Positions 10,111 to 21,150 of a DNA stretch of 64,000 nt are shown one piece after another; the stretch's first letter is position 1, and each line of letters starts with the position of its first letter. The stretch is from assembly GCA_964567285.1 (NCBI GenBank), contig CAZMLO010000006.1, positions 7,259-71,258 of the forward strand, given 5' to 3'. The notes under the pieces were generated by a model, which ran no database searches, had not been told where the DNA came from, and worked only from the letters and a program-made list of their open reading frames with translations. The translations under genes and the position numbers were made by a program. The DNA comes from an uncultured Gammaproteobacteria bacterium. GTDB lineage: Bacteria; Pseudomonadota; Gammaproteobacteria; JAIEPX01.

Positions 10111-10899
10111 ATGGAAATGAAACAACGCATTATTGGTTTGATCGTATTGTTGGCACTAGGGGTTATACTGGTTCCACTGATTTTTGATTCTGAAACGGTG
10201 ATAAAACCTACAAATATTGCCGTCGCTGAAAGTACTCAGACTAAGAATCCGGCACCTACGCTGAATAACGAAGCGGCGCCCAACAAAAACTTTAGCCCAG
10301 CGCCTTCCATTATTCAGCCGGGTGCCATTGAAGCTTCTGCGAATAGAATGCTGGAGCATCAATCTCAAATATCCTCTCCTTTCGCTTTGAATGAGCCCCA
10401 GGATTTTGAGGATAGAGAGGAAGAAGAATTAAAGTCAGATGTTGATAATCAAATTGCCAATGAAGAAGAATTACAGGCAGAATTAAACAGCATCGAAGAT
10501 CATCCACAGCCCGAAGCTTCGACGAAAACAATCGCCATCAAAAAGAATGATGGAAAAAATGCGGCCGATAAAAAGTTTGCTCCTACAGTGAATGTTGCGC
10601 AAAAATACAAAGAGCCTCAACATTCCACAGCGCTGCAGAAAAATAAAGCACCTGTCTCTTCTGCAAAGGGTGATTGGGCTGTTCAATTGGGTAGTTTTTC
10701 TGAAGTAGCGAATGCGAATAATCTGGTTTCGGACCTTAAATCAAAAGGTTTCAATGCTTTTACTGAACGTGATCGCAATAATAAATCGCGACATCGGGTT
10801 TTGATTGGCCCAGAAGTTGACAGAGAAACCGCTGATGCTGTTGTCGCAAAACTTAATCAACAACATCAAATTAAAAGTATTGTTGTGAGATATCGATAA
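10111..10899 (+). CDS. dedD: SPOR-domain cell-division protein (DedD-like)
   Basis: N-terminal TM anchor. C-terminal SPOR domain (GDWAVQLGSFSEVANANNLVSDLKSKGF...HRVLIGP). The conserved folC-dedD-cvpA position. Confidence 0.7.
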   Translation: MEMKQRIIGLIVLLALGVILVPLIFDSETVIKPTNIAVAESTQTKNPAPTLNNEAAPNKNFSPAPSIIQPGAIEASANRMLEHQSQISSPFALNEPQDFEDREEEELKSDVDNQIANEEELQAELNSIEDHPQPEASTKTIAIKKNDGKNAADKKFAPTVNVAQKYKEPQHSTALQKNKAPVSSAKGDWAVQLGSFSEVANANNLVSDLKSKGFNAFTERDRNNKSRHRVLIGPEVDRETADAVVAKLNQQHQIKSIVVRYR

Positions 10900-11423
10900 T
10901 GTCAGCATTACTGCATCTTAATACTGCCGATTTTATTATTATCGGCTTTATTTTACTCTCGGTTCTGATCAGTTTATCACGGGGCTTTGTACGTGAAGCC
11001 CTTTCTTTGGCTACATGGGTTATCGCAGCTTATGTTGCCTTTACCTATGCTCATGATTCAGCCGATTTGCTCAAAGGCATGATCGAAAATCCTCACACAC
11101 GAACGATCGTTGCCTTCGCTGCATTATTTTTGTTTGTGGTGATTATAGGCGGGCTATTTAATTATTTTGTGGGTCGCGTTATATCAATATCAGGCTTAGG
11201 ATTTTTTGATCGAATACTAGGAATTGTCTTTGGTGCTGCAAGAGGTATATTAGTTGTAGCCTTAGTCATCATCATGATCAAAGGCACTTCCCTGGTAGAA
11301 AGAGGCTGGTGGCGCCATTCTCAGCTCATTCCACTCTTTACTCCCCTGACCTTATCCCTCGAAAGCCTTTTTCCAAAACATAGCGATGAAAAACTCATCA
11401 TGCTGCATGAGCAAAAAAAGTAA
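10899..11423 (+). CDS. cvpA: Colicin V production protein CvpA
   Basis: 4-TM CvpA-family topology. Synteny. Confidence 0.8.
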   Translation: MSALLHLNTADFIIIGFILLSVLISLSRGFVREALSLATWVIAAYVAFTYAHDSADLLKGMIENPHTRTIVAFAALFLFVVIIGGLFNYFVGRVISISGLGFFDRILGIVFGAARGILVVALVIIMIKGTSLVERGWWRHSQLIPLFTPLTLSLESLFPKHSDEKLIMLHEQKK

Positions 11424-11522
11424 TTCTGATATTGGGGGTCTGCTTGGTAGATTGGGCACAAACATGCTCTTTGCCTGTGTCATGCAACCTTGAATGTCCG
11501 AACTCATAATTTCAATCAGTAC

Positions 11523-11550
11523 AAAAAGGGGGGGCTTAATAGCCCCCGGG
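11523..11550. terminator. Intrinsic terminator hairpin (GGGGGGC-ttaata-GCCCCC) with a U-run on the minus strand
   Basis: It sits between the convergent cvpA (+) and 11572..12642 (-) genes. aaaaa precedes it on the plus strand, which reads as a T-run after the hairpin on the minus strand. Confidence 0.55.
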
Positions 11551-11571
11551 TAGAAGAGTTAAGACGCTGAA

Positions 11572-12642
11572 TTATGCCGCTGGAGCTGCCATGGTGATGC
11601 CTGGGATGGGTTGATCATCTTCTGTCACGTTTTTAGGTGAGGATTCATGGGGTCTGAAGCTTCTAAGAAGCTGTTGAATATCGTTAGCAGAGAAGGCAGG
11701 GGCTTCGTCGAATTGAGGGCGCAATCCAGTAGGTTGTGGCTCTGCTAATTGAGCTTGGTTGATCAAGTTCTGAACTTCGTGAATTTCACTCATTAGTTCG
11801 TGTTCACGCAGTTGGCATGCAATCATCTGTTCACTCAGCATGCTGAATTCGATGTTTAACATACCGATGCCATCTTCATAAGCCGTTAATGCTGTTCGTA
11901 AAGCAGTGCTGTTTAAGAATTGATTGACTGCGGTAATAGCATTGTTGGCAGCATTATCCACGTCGATTATTCGTCCCAAAGCGCGGATTTGATCTTGGAA
12001 GGAAAGAGCAGAGTGGTACGAATCATGCACTTCAGGTAAGAAAGTGATGATGTGTTCTGGTTGTAATTCAACGCGTAATTCATGTGCCAAAGTTTGGACA
12101 GTATTGACATGTGAGGTATTTAAAATGATGAGGTTTTGAATTAATTGATGATGCTTCACAAAAAGCTTTTTGATCTCATCTTTTAAAAGACCTAAAGCAG
12201 CAAGAAGATCCGTTAATCGTAGATTAAGCTCTGTCTTTTTTTGCTGAGTCGGAGCAACGGGTGCAGGATTAACACGAAATCGTTCAAATTCGAGCATAAG
12301 CTCAGGTACAGGCACTGATTTTTCTTGAGCCTTTTCTCGCGCTTGCAACCATTCATGATAGCGTTTGGAGAGCTCTTTTAACCCAATTTTCTCCAGTAGT
12401 TTCTGAATGGCATGGTGTTTGACAGATTCTTTAACAGCGGCATAAGTCATTTCAAAAAAGATAATGTTTTTGATGATGCTATCCAGTGGGCTGTTGAGCA
12501 ACCAGCGGATTTGAATGTCTGTTATGGGGGTTGTAGCAGGATTATAATGAAGCAAGGTATTGACGAGCTCCCGAACGTTACCGACAGTATTAATCAGTGT
12601 TTTAGAGGTTGTGTGTACAGTTTTATCTTCATTCTTTGCCAT
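11572..12642 (-). CDS. Hypothetical 356-aa helical/coiled-coil protein (effector-like). It interrupts the usual cvpA-purF synteny.
   Basis: Clean ORF. No conserved motifs that I can recognise. Confidence 0.45.
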   Translation of the reverse strand: MAKNEDKTVHTTSKTLINTVGNVRELVNTLLHYNPATTPITDIQIRWLLNSPLDSIIKNIIFFEMTYAAVKESVKHHAIQKLLEKIGLKELSKRYHEWLQAREKAQEKSVPVPELMLEFERFRVNPAPVAPTQQKKTELNLRLTDLLAALGLLKDEIKKLFVKHHQLIQNLIILNTSHVNTVQTLAHELRVELQPEHIITFLPEVHDSYHSALSFQDQIRALGRIIDVDNAANNAITAVNQFLNSTALRTALTAYEDGIGMLNIEFSMLSEQMIACQLREHELMSEIHEVQNLINQAQLAEPQPTGLRPQFDEAPAFSANDIQQLLRSFRPHESSPKNVTEDDQPIPGITMAAPAA

Positions 12643-12780
12643 TTTCGTGCTCCTAACTTAGAGTAAATAATTGAGAATATTATCATAAAAAGCTTATCAA
12701 AGCATTACGGAAACCAAAAAATTGCTGAATTTGTAGTACATCATGCCAAATAGGGTGTCAGGGAAAGCAGGAAGAAGGAA

Positions 12781-12875
12781 GGGGTCAAGTCCTGAAATAA
12801 GAATTAAGCAATATGAGGGCCAAGCAAGACACTGTCTGATTAGCCTGTTTATTTCTTATTTCAGGACTTGACCCC
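12781..12875. repeat. Perfect 23-bp inverted repeat (GGGGTCAAGTCCTGAAATAAGAA ... TTCTTATTTCAGGACTTGACCCC) with a 49-bp loop
   Basis: Read directly. Arms are 12781-12803 and 12853-12875. It overlaps the annotated start of the miaE-like gene. Confidence 0.7.
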
Positions 12876-13518
12876 ATTCCAGCCCCCTTTGTATGCTTAC
12901 GGGATGAAAATCTCAACCCAAAACACCAGCTTAGACACGCTACTATTGTGCCCAACTCCTCGAGAGTGGGTTGTGCAAGCCATTGAAAATCAAGAGATTT
13001 TGTTGATTGATCATGCGCAATGTGAGAAAAAAGCGGCTTCGTCTGCCTTGGCGATGATCTATCGTTATCCTGATCGCGTTGAGCTGCTCCAAAAAATGTC
13101 GCGTTTAGCACGTGAGGAGTTACGGCATTTTGAGCAAGTACTACGTTTTATTAGCGCTCGGGGTTTTGAGTATCGTTATTTATCACCCGCGCGTTATGCC
13201 AATGGGCTCAAAGATCATTGCCGTAAAACACGATTAGAATGCCTGATCGATACATTGATTATCGGCGCCTTTATTGAAGCGCGTTCCTGCGAGCGTTTTT
13301 CAACACTAGCGCCTCATTTGGATGAAGAGCTCGGGAAATTTTATACGGGTTTATTAGCTTCAGAGTCCAGGCATTTTCAAGATTATCTTCAATTAGCAGA
13401 ACGATATTCTGAGGAAGATATTTCACAGCGGCTAAAGTTTTTCGCGGTAATTGAGGCTGAGTTAATTAACACGCCGGACTCAGAATTCCGTTTTCACAGC
13501 GGGATCACTGCATTTTAG
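12868..13518 (+). CDS. miaE: tRNA-(ms2io6A37)-hydroxylase MiaE-like ferritin-like di-iron protein
   Basis: DHAQCEKKAASSAL and ExxH-type di-iron motifs (EELRHFE, ESRHFQDY). ~216 aa. Family assignment is from memory. Confidence 0.55.
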   Translation: MTPFQPPLYAYGMKISTQNTSLDTLLLCPTPREWVVQAIENQEILLIDHAQCEKKAASSALAMIYRYPDRVELLQKMSRLAREELRHFEQVLRFISARGFEYRYLSPARYANGLKDHCRKTRLECLIDTLIIGAFIEARSCERFSTLAPHLDEELGKFYTGLLASESRHFQDYLQLAERYSEEDISQRLKFFAVIEAELINTPDSEFRFHSGITAF

Positions 13519-14306
13519 TCCGAAATCTTCCGCCAGGGCGCCTCAGATTTCTCTAAAAAAGCTTTGATACCTTCTTGCGCTTCCTCAGAAACTCGTATTT
13601 TTGCTAGTAAAGACGCTGTTTTCTGAACTTCATCGGAATCACGTACTATTAATTCTGAAATCAATTTTTTTGTGATGCTCATGGCTGCAGGTGCATTGTT
13701 AAGCAGCTGTTGGATCAATTTTTCTTCTGCGCTTTTTAGATCTTTTTTGCCAACAACAGAATGAACTAGTCCAATTCTGAGCGCCTCATCAGCTGAAATT
13801 GTTTCTGCTGATAAAGCATAGCGACGCATTTGTCTTGAACCGATGGCTCGTAAAACATAGGGTGAAATTGTTGCTGGGACGAGTCCTAATTTTACTTCGG
13901 ATAAACAAAAACTAGCATCGGTTGTTGCAATGACAATATCAGAACACGCCACCAGACCAACGCCTCCACCTAAAGCGGGCCCTTGTACCACCGCGATCGT
14001 GGGTTTTGGAAATTCATTTAAGGTTTTAAGACACTGTGCCAATTTTAAAGCATCAGAAACATTATCGATTTCGCTTAAGTTTCGGGCATTTTTAAACCAC
14101 TGTAGATCACCCCCAGCGCAAAAAAACTCGCCGTTTGCTGTAATTTTAAGCACTCGAATTTCAGCGTTATTCGCTATCATTTCAAGTGCGCGTTGAATTT
14201 CAGCAATTAAAGCATGATCAAAAGCATTGCGTTGCTTTAAGCGGTTGAGCGTGAGTGTTGCTACACCGGCTTCAGAATGAACCAACAAATTTTCAGTCTC
14301 AGACAT
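13515..14306 (-). CDS. Enoyl-CoA hydratase/isomerase (probable methylglutaconyl-CoA hydratase)
   Basis: Crotonase motif FCAGGDLQWF. Operon context with the MCC beta subunit. Confidence 0.8.
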   Translation of the reverse strand: MSETENLLVHSEAGVATLTLNRLKQRNAFDHALIAEIQRALEMIANNAEIRVLKITANGEFFCAGGDLQWFKNARNLSEIDNVSDALKLAQCLKTLNEFPKPTIAVVQGPALGGGVGLVACSDIVIATTDASFCLSEVKLGLVPATISPYVLRAIGSRQMRRYALSAETISADEALRIGLVHSVVGKKDLKSAEEKLIQQLLNNAPAAMSITKKLISELIVRDSDEVQKTASLLAKIRVSEEAQEGIKAFLEKSEAPWRKISD

Positions 14307-14320
14307 AAACGGTTCCCTGT

Positions 14321-15928
14321 TTACATTCTAAAAATGCCATAATGGGTTGGTGAAATCGGCGCATTTAATGCGGCAGAAATACTCAATCCCAAAATTCGAC
14401 GTGTGTCTTTGGGGTCTATAATACCATCATCCCATAAACGTGCACTGGCATAATAAGGATTACCTTGAGTTTCGTATTGACGACGGATGGTATTCATATA
14501 GGCTTCTTCTTCTGCTGCAGGCCAGGATTTACCATCACGCGATAATTTTTCTCGAGTCACTTGGGCTAAAACTTGAGCCGCTTGTTCGCCCCCCATCACA
14601 GAAATGCGTGAATTAGGCCAGGTCCATAAAAAACGCGGACTGTAGGCACGACCGCACATGGCATAATTACCGGCACCAAAACTGCCGCCAATAATCACCG
14701 TAAATTTGGGGACATTGGAGCAAGCCACAGCGGTAACCATTTTAGCGCCGTGTTTAGCAATACCTTCGTTTTCAAATTTTTTACCGACCATAAAGCCCAC
14801 AATATTTTGCAAAAATACCAAAGGTATTTTGCGCTGATTGCAGAGCTCAACAAAATGAGTGCCTTTTTGTGCGGATTCAGAAAATAAAATGCCGTTATTC
14901 GCAATGATGCCCACAGGGTTTCCATAAATATGGGCGAATCCACAGACTAAAGTTGCACCGTAGAGCGCTTTGAATTCATCAAAATCTGAGCCATCGACGA
15001 TTCGAGCAATAATCTCACGAACATCATATTGACGTCTCGGATCTGCATTGACGATCCCATAAATATCTTCGATATCGTGTTCAGGCGATTGTGGATCGCG
15101 TAATGCTAAGGTAATTTTTTTCTGACGATTGAGATTAGAGATGGCTCGTCGTGCTAATTGCAAGGCATGTTGATCATCATCCGCATAATAGTCCGCTACG
15201 CCTGAAATTCTGCAATGAACATCTGCGCCGCCTAACTCTTCTGCAGTCACCTGTTCTCCAGTAGCTGCTTTCACTAAAGGTGGTCCACCCAGAAAAATAG
15301 TGGCTTGATTTTTTACCATAATTGAGACATCGGCCATCGCAGGGACATAAGCACCGCCTGCGGTACAAGAGCCCATAACGACAGCGACTTGTGGAATATT
15401 TTGACTAGAGAGTTGAGCTTGATTGTAAAAAATTCGACCAAAATGATCGCGGTCAGGAAAGACTTCATCTTGTGCAGGCAAATACGCACCACCCGAATCC
15501 ACTAAATATACACAGGGTAAATTATTTTGTGCAGCAATTTCTTGAGCACGTAAATGTTTTTTTACGGTGATAGGAAAATAAGTACCACCTTTAACAGTAG
15601 CATCATTGACCACAATCATACACTCTTGGCCTTCAATAGTGCCAACGCCTGTGATGAGTCCACCGCAGGGCAGTGGTTCATCGTAACATTGATAACCCGC
15701 AAATTGTGAGAGTTCTAGGAAAGCAGAGCCTGGATCAACCAGTTTTGTAATGCGATCGCGGGGCAATAATTTCCCGTGTTTTACGTGTCTTTCTTTGCCT
15801 TTGGCTGTGCCGCCACCGGTGATTGTTGAAAGTTTAGTGCGAAATTCTTCAACTTGCGCCGTCATAGCTTCGGTATTTTTTTTGAAAGTATCCGTGGTGG
15901 TTTTGAGTGTGGATCTGAGTGTGCTCAT
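14321..15928 (-). CDS. Methylcrotonyl-CoA carboxylase carboxyltransferase (beta) subunit
   Basis: 535-aa acyl-CoA carboxylase beta family. Context with isovaleryl-CoA dehydrogenase. Confidence 0.85.
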   Translation of the reverse strand: MSTLRSTLKTTTDTFKKNTEAMTAQVEEFRTKLSTITGGGTAKGKERHVKHGKLLPRDRITKLVDPGSAFLELSQFAGYQCYDEPLPCGGLITGVGTIEGQECMIVVNDATVKGGTYFPITVKKHLRAQEIAAQNNLPCVYLVDSGGAYLPAQDEVFPDRDHFGRIFYNQAQLSSQNIPQVAVVMGSCTAGGAYVPAMADVSIMVKNQATIFLGGPPLVKAATGEQVTAEELGGADVHCRISGVADYYADDDQHALQLARRAISNLNRQKKITLALRDPQSPEHDIEDIYGIVNADPRRQYDVREIIARIVDGSDFDEFKALYGATLVCGFAHIYGNPVGIIANNGILFSESAQKGTHFVELCNQRKIPLVFLQNIVGFMVGKKFENEGIAKHGAKMVTAVACSNVPKFTVIIGGSFGAGNYAMCGRAYSPRFLWTWPNSRISVMGGEQAAQVLAQVTREKLSRDGKSWPAAEEEAYMNTIRRQYETQGNPYYASARLWDDGIIDPKDTRRILGLSISAALNAPISPTHYGIFRM

Positions 15929-15945
15929 TATTTCTTCCTCGAATT

Positions 15946-17121
15946 TTAAGCTGATACTATTTCAACAGCGATAGCAGTGGCTTCACCGCCGCCAATACAC
16001 AATGCAGCAATACCGCGTTGTGCTTTTTGTTTGCGTAATGCATGAATTAAAGTCACAACAACCCGAGCGCCCGAAGCACCCAAGGGGTGTCCTAATACGC
16101 ATGCACCGCCGTGAATATTCACGCGCGTTGGATCGAGATTTAAACTTTGCATAGTCGCCAGAGTGACAACCGCAAATGCCTCGTTGATCTCAAATAAATC
16201 CACCTCTGATAAATTCCATCCTGCTTTTTGCAAGCATTTTTCGATCGCCCCGATGGGTGCAGTTGTAAACCAATTCGGTTCTTGTGAATGGGTGCTGTGC
16301 GCCACAATTTTTGCCAAGGGTTTTAAATTTAAGGATTTAACACATGATTCAGTGGCTAAAATTAAAGCCGCGGCACCATCTGAAATCGAACTGGCATTCG
16401 CTGCGGTGACAGTACCATCCGTAGAAAAAGCGGGTTTTAATAGAGGAATTTTTTCAGGACGGGCCGTTAATGGGCCTTCATCCTTCGTAATGCTCTGATC
16501 TTTAACCGTGATAGGAATAATTTCATCAACGAACCAACCCTTATCAGTTGCGATTCGCGCACGTTCTACTGAGCGCAATGCGAATGCATCTTGATCTTCA
16601 CGACTGAACTGAAATTTTTTTGCACACAGCTCGGCATACTGCCCCATGAGCTGATGTTCGTAGGCATCTTCTAAACCATCAAAAAAAAGATGATCGAGAG
16701 CGCGTTGATGTCCCAAGCGATAACCTGATCGGGCTTTTGGAAGGAGGTAGGGTGCATTAGACATCGATTCCATACCGCCCGCGAGAATCATCTCTGCTGA
16801 ACCGGCGCGCAGTGAGTCAGTGGCAAACATCAGTGCTTTCATGCCTGATCCACAGACTTTATTCAGCGTTGAACAACCGACATGATCAGGTACGCCTGCA
16901 CCGCGAGAGGCTTGACGCGCTGGCGCTTGTCCAAGACCTGCCGGTAAAACACAGCCCATAATCACTGATTCTAATTGAGCAGAATTTATTCCGGCTTTTT
17001 CGATCACGCCTTTTATTGCTGCACTGCCCAATTCAGTCGCAGAAAGCGATTGTAAACAGCCTTGAAAATTTCCGATCGCAGTGCGTTGAGCCGCAATAAT
17101 ATAAACAGGATCTGTTTTCAC
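15946..17121 (-). CDS. Acetyl-CoA C-acetyltransferase (thiolase)
   Basis: Active-site [11 protein letters not shown]-terminal CIGGGEATA. Confidence 0.85.
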   Translation of the reverse strand: MKTDPVYIIAAQRTAIGNFQGCLQSLSATELGSAAIKGVIEKAGINSAQLESVIMGCVLPAGLGQAPARQASRGAGVPDHVGCSTLNKVCGSGMKALMFATDSLRAGSAEMILAGGMESMSNAPYLLPKARSGYRLGHQRALDHLFFDGLEDAYEHQLMGQYAELCAKKFQFSREDQDAFALRSVERARIATDKGWFVDEIIPITVKDQSITKDEGPLTARPEKIPLLKPAFSTDGTVTAANASSISDGAAALILATESCVKSLNLKPLAKIVAHSTHSQEPNWFTTAPIGAIEKCLQKAGWNLSEVDLFEINEAFAVVTLATMQSLNLDPTRVNIHGGACVLGHPLGASGARVVVTLIHALRKQKAQRGIAALCIGGGEATAIAVEIVSA

Positions 17122-18282
17122 TCAGAGGGTTTCCTTAAATAATTCACGTCCGATGAGCAAGCGTCTGATTTCAGAAGTGCCTGCACCAATTTCATACAAT
17201 TTTGCATCGCGCAATAAACGTCCAGCAGGGTAATCGTTGATATAACCATTCCCACCCAAAATTTGAATCGTATCCAGCGCACATTGCGTTGCACTTTCTG
17301 CCGTGTACAAAATAACACTGGCCGTATCTTTTCGATCTACTTGGCCCGCATCGCAAGCACGGGCAACAGTATATAAATAAGAGCGGGACGCATTCAAAGT
17401 CGTATATAAATTGGCCATTTTGGCTTGTACTAATTGAAATTCCCCTATCGCGTGTCCGAATTGTTTGCGTTCGTGAACATACGGTAAAATAACATCTAAA
17501 CAAGCTTGCATAATGCCAACGGGGCCCGCAGCTAAGACTAATCGTTCATAATCTAAACCACTCATTAATACTTCAACGCCCAAATTGATTTGCCCCAAAA
17601 CATTTTCCAGGGGGACTTTGCAGTTTTCAAAAACCAGCTCGCAGGTGTTAGAGCCACGCATCCCTAATTTGTCTAATTTTTGAGCGGTACTAAAACCCGC
17701 AAAACTTTTTTCAATGATAAAGGCGGTGATTCCGTGGGAACCCGCATCTTTGTCGGTTTTACCGTAAACCACCAGAACATCGGCGTCTGGACCATTGGTA
17801 ACCCACATTTTGGTACCGTTAAGTAAATAATAACCCTCTTTGGCTTCTGCTTGGAGGCGCATACTGACCACATCAGAACCTGCACCAGGCTCGCTCATGG
17901 CCAATGCCCCGACGTGTTCACCCGTTACCAGTTTGGGTAAGTACTTTTGTTTTTGGGCAGGCGTGCCCTTGCGATGAATTTGGTTAATGCAAAGATTGGA
18001 ATGGGCTCCATAACTTAAACCTATAGAAGCAGAGGCCCTGCTGATTTCTTCCATGGCAATGGCATGCGCTAAATACCCCATATTTGCACCGCCGTATTCT
18101 TCAGCTACGGTGATTCCGTGAAGCCCCAGTTGCCCCAATTTAGGCCAAAGCTGCCGAGGAAAGGTATTGGTGCTATCGATTTCAGTTGCGAGGGGGGCAA
18201 TTTCCTTCTCAGCAAAGAGACGTACGGATTCCCGGAGCATATCGATGCTCTCACCAAGGTGAAAGTTCAGATGATGGGGCAT
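17122..18282 (-). CDS. Isovaleryl-CoA dehydrogenase (acyl-CoA dehydrogenase family)
   Basis: ACAD fold with the C-terminal [12 protein letters not shown] motif. 386 aa. Confidence 0.85.
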   Translation of the reverse strand: MPHHLNFHLGESIDMLRESVRLFAEKEIAPLATEIDSTNTFPRQLWPKLGQLGLHGITVAEEYGGANMGYLAHAIAMEEISRASASIGLSYGAHSNLCINQIHRKGTPAQKQKYLPKLVTGEHVGALAMSEPGAGSDVVSMRLQAEAKEGYYLLNGTKMWVTNGPDADVLVVYGKTDKDAGSHGITAFIIEKSFAGFSTAQKLDKLGMRGSNTCELVFENCKVPLENVLGQINLGVEVLMSGLDYERLVLAAGPVGIMQACLDVILPYVHERKQFGHAIGEFQLVQAKMANLYTTLNASRSYLYTVARACDAGQVDRKDTASVILYTAESATQCALDTIQILGGNGYINDYPAGRLLRDAKLYEIGAGTSEIRRLLIGRELFKETL

Positions 18283-18395
18283 TACAAATCCTTTTCTTGA
18301 AGAGTCTCAGTGAAGTATAGCAGCCTCAGATATCCCTGTGGTAGACTCATCGCGCGCATTGGCGCTATTCTACTGTTAAGGCTGAGGAGAAGACA

Positions 18396-19088
18396 ATGGA
18401 TGCGGTCGTTAAAGATCTACTTTTAAGTGGTCATAACCTTGTTGATTACCAGCATATGTTCGATCTGAGCGAAGCTGATCTGAATTTGAAGTTCATTACC
18501 TGCGCGAGTGGCTTTGATACTTTTAATCGAGAAATGACCGCAAAAGGTAAATCCGTTATTTCATGTGCGCGAAATTATTCCCTCAACGTGGAACAAATGA
18601 GAGAGTTAGTTCAGAAAAATTTTGCACGAATGAAAGATCATTTGGATGAACATCAAGAACAGTATTTGCTGGATTCATCAGCCAATTTAGAGACCATTAA
18701 ATCCCGATTAAATAAAGCCGCTGAAGATTTTCTGGCCGATTATCCTCAAGGTTTGTCTGAGAAACGTTATTTAGCCGAAGTTTTACCTTCATTGCATTTT
18801 CCGGATCAATCCTTTGATTTGGCCTTGTGTTCACATTATCTCTTTGCACAACGGGACATTTCTATCGATCAACACGTGCTTTTTATTAAAGAAATGTGCC
18901 GTGTGGCCAAGGAAACGCGGATTTTTCCTTTATCCGATGCTTACGGAGAAATTTCACCACTTTTAGGCCCCGTCATGTTGCAATTACAGATGCAACATTA
19001 TGGTGTGGAATTGAAGCAAGTGGCCTACGAATTTCAGCGAGGCAGTAATGCCATGCTGCGAATCTGGGCAACAACCTGCCATGTTTAG
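18396..19088 (+). CDS. Hypothetical 230-aa protein
   Basis: Clean ORF between the liu cluster and pyrD. No confident family call. Confidence 0.4.
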   Translation: MDAVVKDLLLSGHNLVDYQHMFDLSEADLNLKFITCASGFDTFNREMTAKGKSVISCARNYSLNVEQMRELVQKNFARMKDHLDEHQEQYLLDSSANLETIKSRLNKAAEDFLADYPQGLSEKRYLAEVLPSLHFPDQSFDLALCSHYLFAQRDISIDQHVLFIKEMCRVAKETRIFPLSDAYGEISPLLGPVMLQLQMQHYGVELKQVAYEFQRGSNAMLRIWATTCHV

Positions 19089-19102
19089 ATCCAAGATTTA
19101 AA

Positions 19103-20131
19103 ATGAACTATCATTTTCTCCGACAATGCTTATTTAAATTAGATCCTGAACGTGCGCATGCCGTAAGTTTTAATCTTTTAAAAGTATTATCACAATTAAA
19201 AATAACTTCGTGTTTTCTAGGCTCTGTTCCAGCATCACCCTGTGAAATCATGGGGCTTCGATTTCCTAATCGAATTGGCAGTGCAGCGGGTTGGGATAAA
19301 AATGCGGATTATATTGATGTGCTAGGTGAATTGGGATTTGGTCACATCGAAGTAGGGGGAGTTACACCCCGACCGCAAGTCGGTAATCCCAAACCGCGTT
19401 TGTTTCGACTGATAGAGGATCAGGCACTCATTAATCGTATGGGTTTTAATAATGCGGGTGTTGATTATGTTGTAGAAAAATTAAAAAAACGAAAAGAAGG
19501 AAAATACCGTGGGATTGTTGGAATTAATATTGCGAAGAACAGAGAAACCCCCTTAGAAAAAGCCGCCGAAGATTATAACTATTGCATTGAACGCGTCTAC
19601 TCACATGTCGATTTTATGACAATCAATATTTCATCGCCTAATACTCCTGGATTGAGAGAATTACAAAATCAAACGTATTTAGCAAACTTATTGGCTGCAG
19701 TTAAAGATAAGCAACAGCGATTGGCAGAACAAAACAATAAATATGTCCCCTTAGTCGTTAAATTATCACCCGATCTGGATGATGAACAATTATCCAGTAT
19801 GGTGGCCACCATCAGTGCTCAAAAAATGGATGGGGTGATTGCAACCAATACGTCTTTAAGTCGACCAAAATTAATCAGTCCTCTAAAAGACGAGCAGGGT
19901 GGTTTGAGTGGAAAGCCCTTAATGACCTTGAGTACTGAAATCATTCGCAAATTAGTGCAGGCATTGCCCAGTTCCATTCCTGTTATTGCAGTGGGGGGCA
20001 TTATGAGTGCGGAAGACGCTTTGGCTAAATACCAAGCAGGAGCGCAATTAGTACAGGTTTTTACCGGCTTAGTCTATGAAGGCCCTCAACTTATCGTTGA
20101 GATTACAAAAGCGTTAGCAGCTAAGGAATAG
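19103..20131 (+). CDS. pyrD: Dihydroorotate dehydrogenase (quinone), class 2
   Basis: N-terminal membrane-association helix and a DHOD TIM barrel (GGVTPRPQ, NTPGLR). Confidence 0.9.
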   Translation: MNYHFLRQCLFKLDPERAHAVSFNLLKVLSQLKITSCFLGSVPASPCEIMGLRFPNRIGSAAGWDKNADYIDVLGELGFGHIEVGGVTPRPQVGNPKPRLFRLIEDQALINRMGFNNAGVDYVVEKLKKRKEGKYRGIVGINIAKNRETPLEKAAEDYNYCIERVYSHVDFMTINISSPNTPGLRELQNQTYLANLLAAVKDKQQRLAEQNNKYVPLVVKLSPDLDDEQLSSMVATISAQKMDGVIATNTSLSRPKLISPLKDEQGGLSGKPLMTLSTEIIRKLVQALPSSIPVIAVGGIMSAEDALAKYQAGAQLVQVFTGLVYEGPQLIVEITKALAAKE

Positions 20132-20197
20132 ATTATTGTATCGATTCATACTCTCAAGCTTGGGATGGCAATAACATTTGGATCGTGTCGTTACTAC

Positions 20198-21118
20198 TTA
20201 ATTTTCATTAATAACGCCATGCGGGACATGTCCTGTTGCTACATGTTCAGAAGCTGAATCGCAATGCACCAATTGATCATCAAAGAAAATATCGGCTCCA
20301 AAGGCTTTTAAAAATTCACCTTTTTTGAGTCCACCTAAGAATAATGCTTCGTCTAAGCGAATATTCCACGAACGTAGCGTGCGAATGACACGTTCATGGG
20401 CCGGTGCAGAGCGAGCGGTGACTAAGGCTGTGCGTAATGGTGAATCTTTCGTAGGTAATAATTGTTGAAGTTTATGCAGTGCTGTTAAAAAACCTTTGAA
20501 GGGCCCTACGGGCAGTGGTTCAAAAGCGGCTGCTTTTTCGCTTTGCACAAAAGCAGTAAAACCTTGTTCCTGATAAACTCTTTCTGCATCATCGCCAAAG
20601 ATAACAGCATCACCATCGAAGGCGATGCGTAGTTGTGGATGAGACTGCTTAGAAACTTCGGTATTAACGATCGTTGCAGCAGCACAATGGTTCGCTAAAG
20701 CATTTCTGACATCAGCAGGGTCGGTGGATAAAAATAAGTGAGATCCAAAAGCGTTAATGTAACGGTAGGGGCTTTCTCCGCTGCAAAAGGCAGCCCGAGT
20801 GATATCTAAGCCGTAATGCTCTATAGAATTAAAGACTCTTAAACCTGAATCTGCACTGTTTCGAGATAATAAGATAATCTCAACATAGGGCCCAAACTGA
20901 TTGAGATTTAATAGCTTTTGTACCAAACCAAAAGCTCCGCCCGTCTCCAAAATCACATTCTCATGCTGAATCTGATAGCGCGAAAAAGCTTCTACGCCTT
21001 CTTGCTCAAACACAGTAGCGCTTTCACTCAGATCAAAGAGGGCACGAGAAGAGACAGCGATTACCAATTTATCAGTGAGTTGTACAGACATTACAGTATC
21101 CTGTTGTTTAACGCCCAA
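20198..21118 (-). CDS. 5'-nucleotidase-family protein (eukaryote-type cytosolic 5'-nucleotidase IA-like)
   Basis: Motifs FDGDAVIFGDD and LVTARSAPAHERVIRTL. Family assignment is from memory. Confidence 0.55.
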   Translation of the reverse strand: MGVKQQDTVMSVQLTDKLVIAVSSRALFDLSESATVFEQEGVEAFSRYQIQHENVILETGGAFGLVQKLLNLNQFGPYVEIILLSRNSADSGLRVFNSIEHYGLDITRAAFCSGESPYRYINAFGSHLFLSTDPADVRNALANHCAAATIVNTEVSKQSHPQLRIAFDGDAVIFGDDAERVYQEQGFTAFVQSEKAAAFEPLPVGPFKGFLTALHKLQQLLPTKDSPLRTALVTARSAPAHERVIRTLRSWNIRLDEALFLGGLKKGEFLKAFGADIFFDDQLVHCDSASEHVATGHVPHGVINEN

Positions 21119-21150
21119 TTATCGCACAGTCTCTTAGAAAATTTAACTGT

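Noticed and set aside
12785-13111. 108-aa minus-strand ORF
   Set aside because: It overlaps the miaE-like gene start and the 23-bp inverted repeat. No RBS or conservation signal. Likely spurious.
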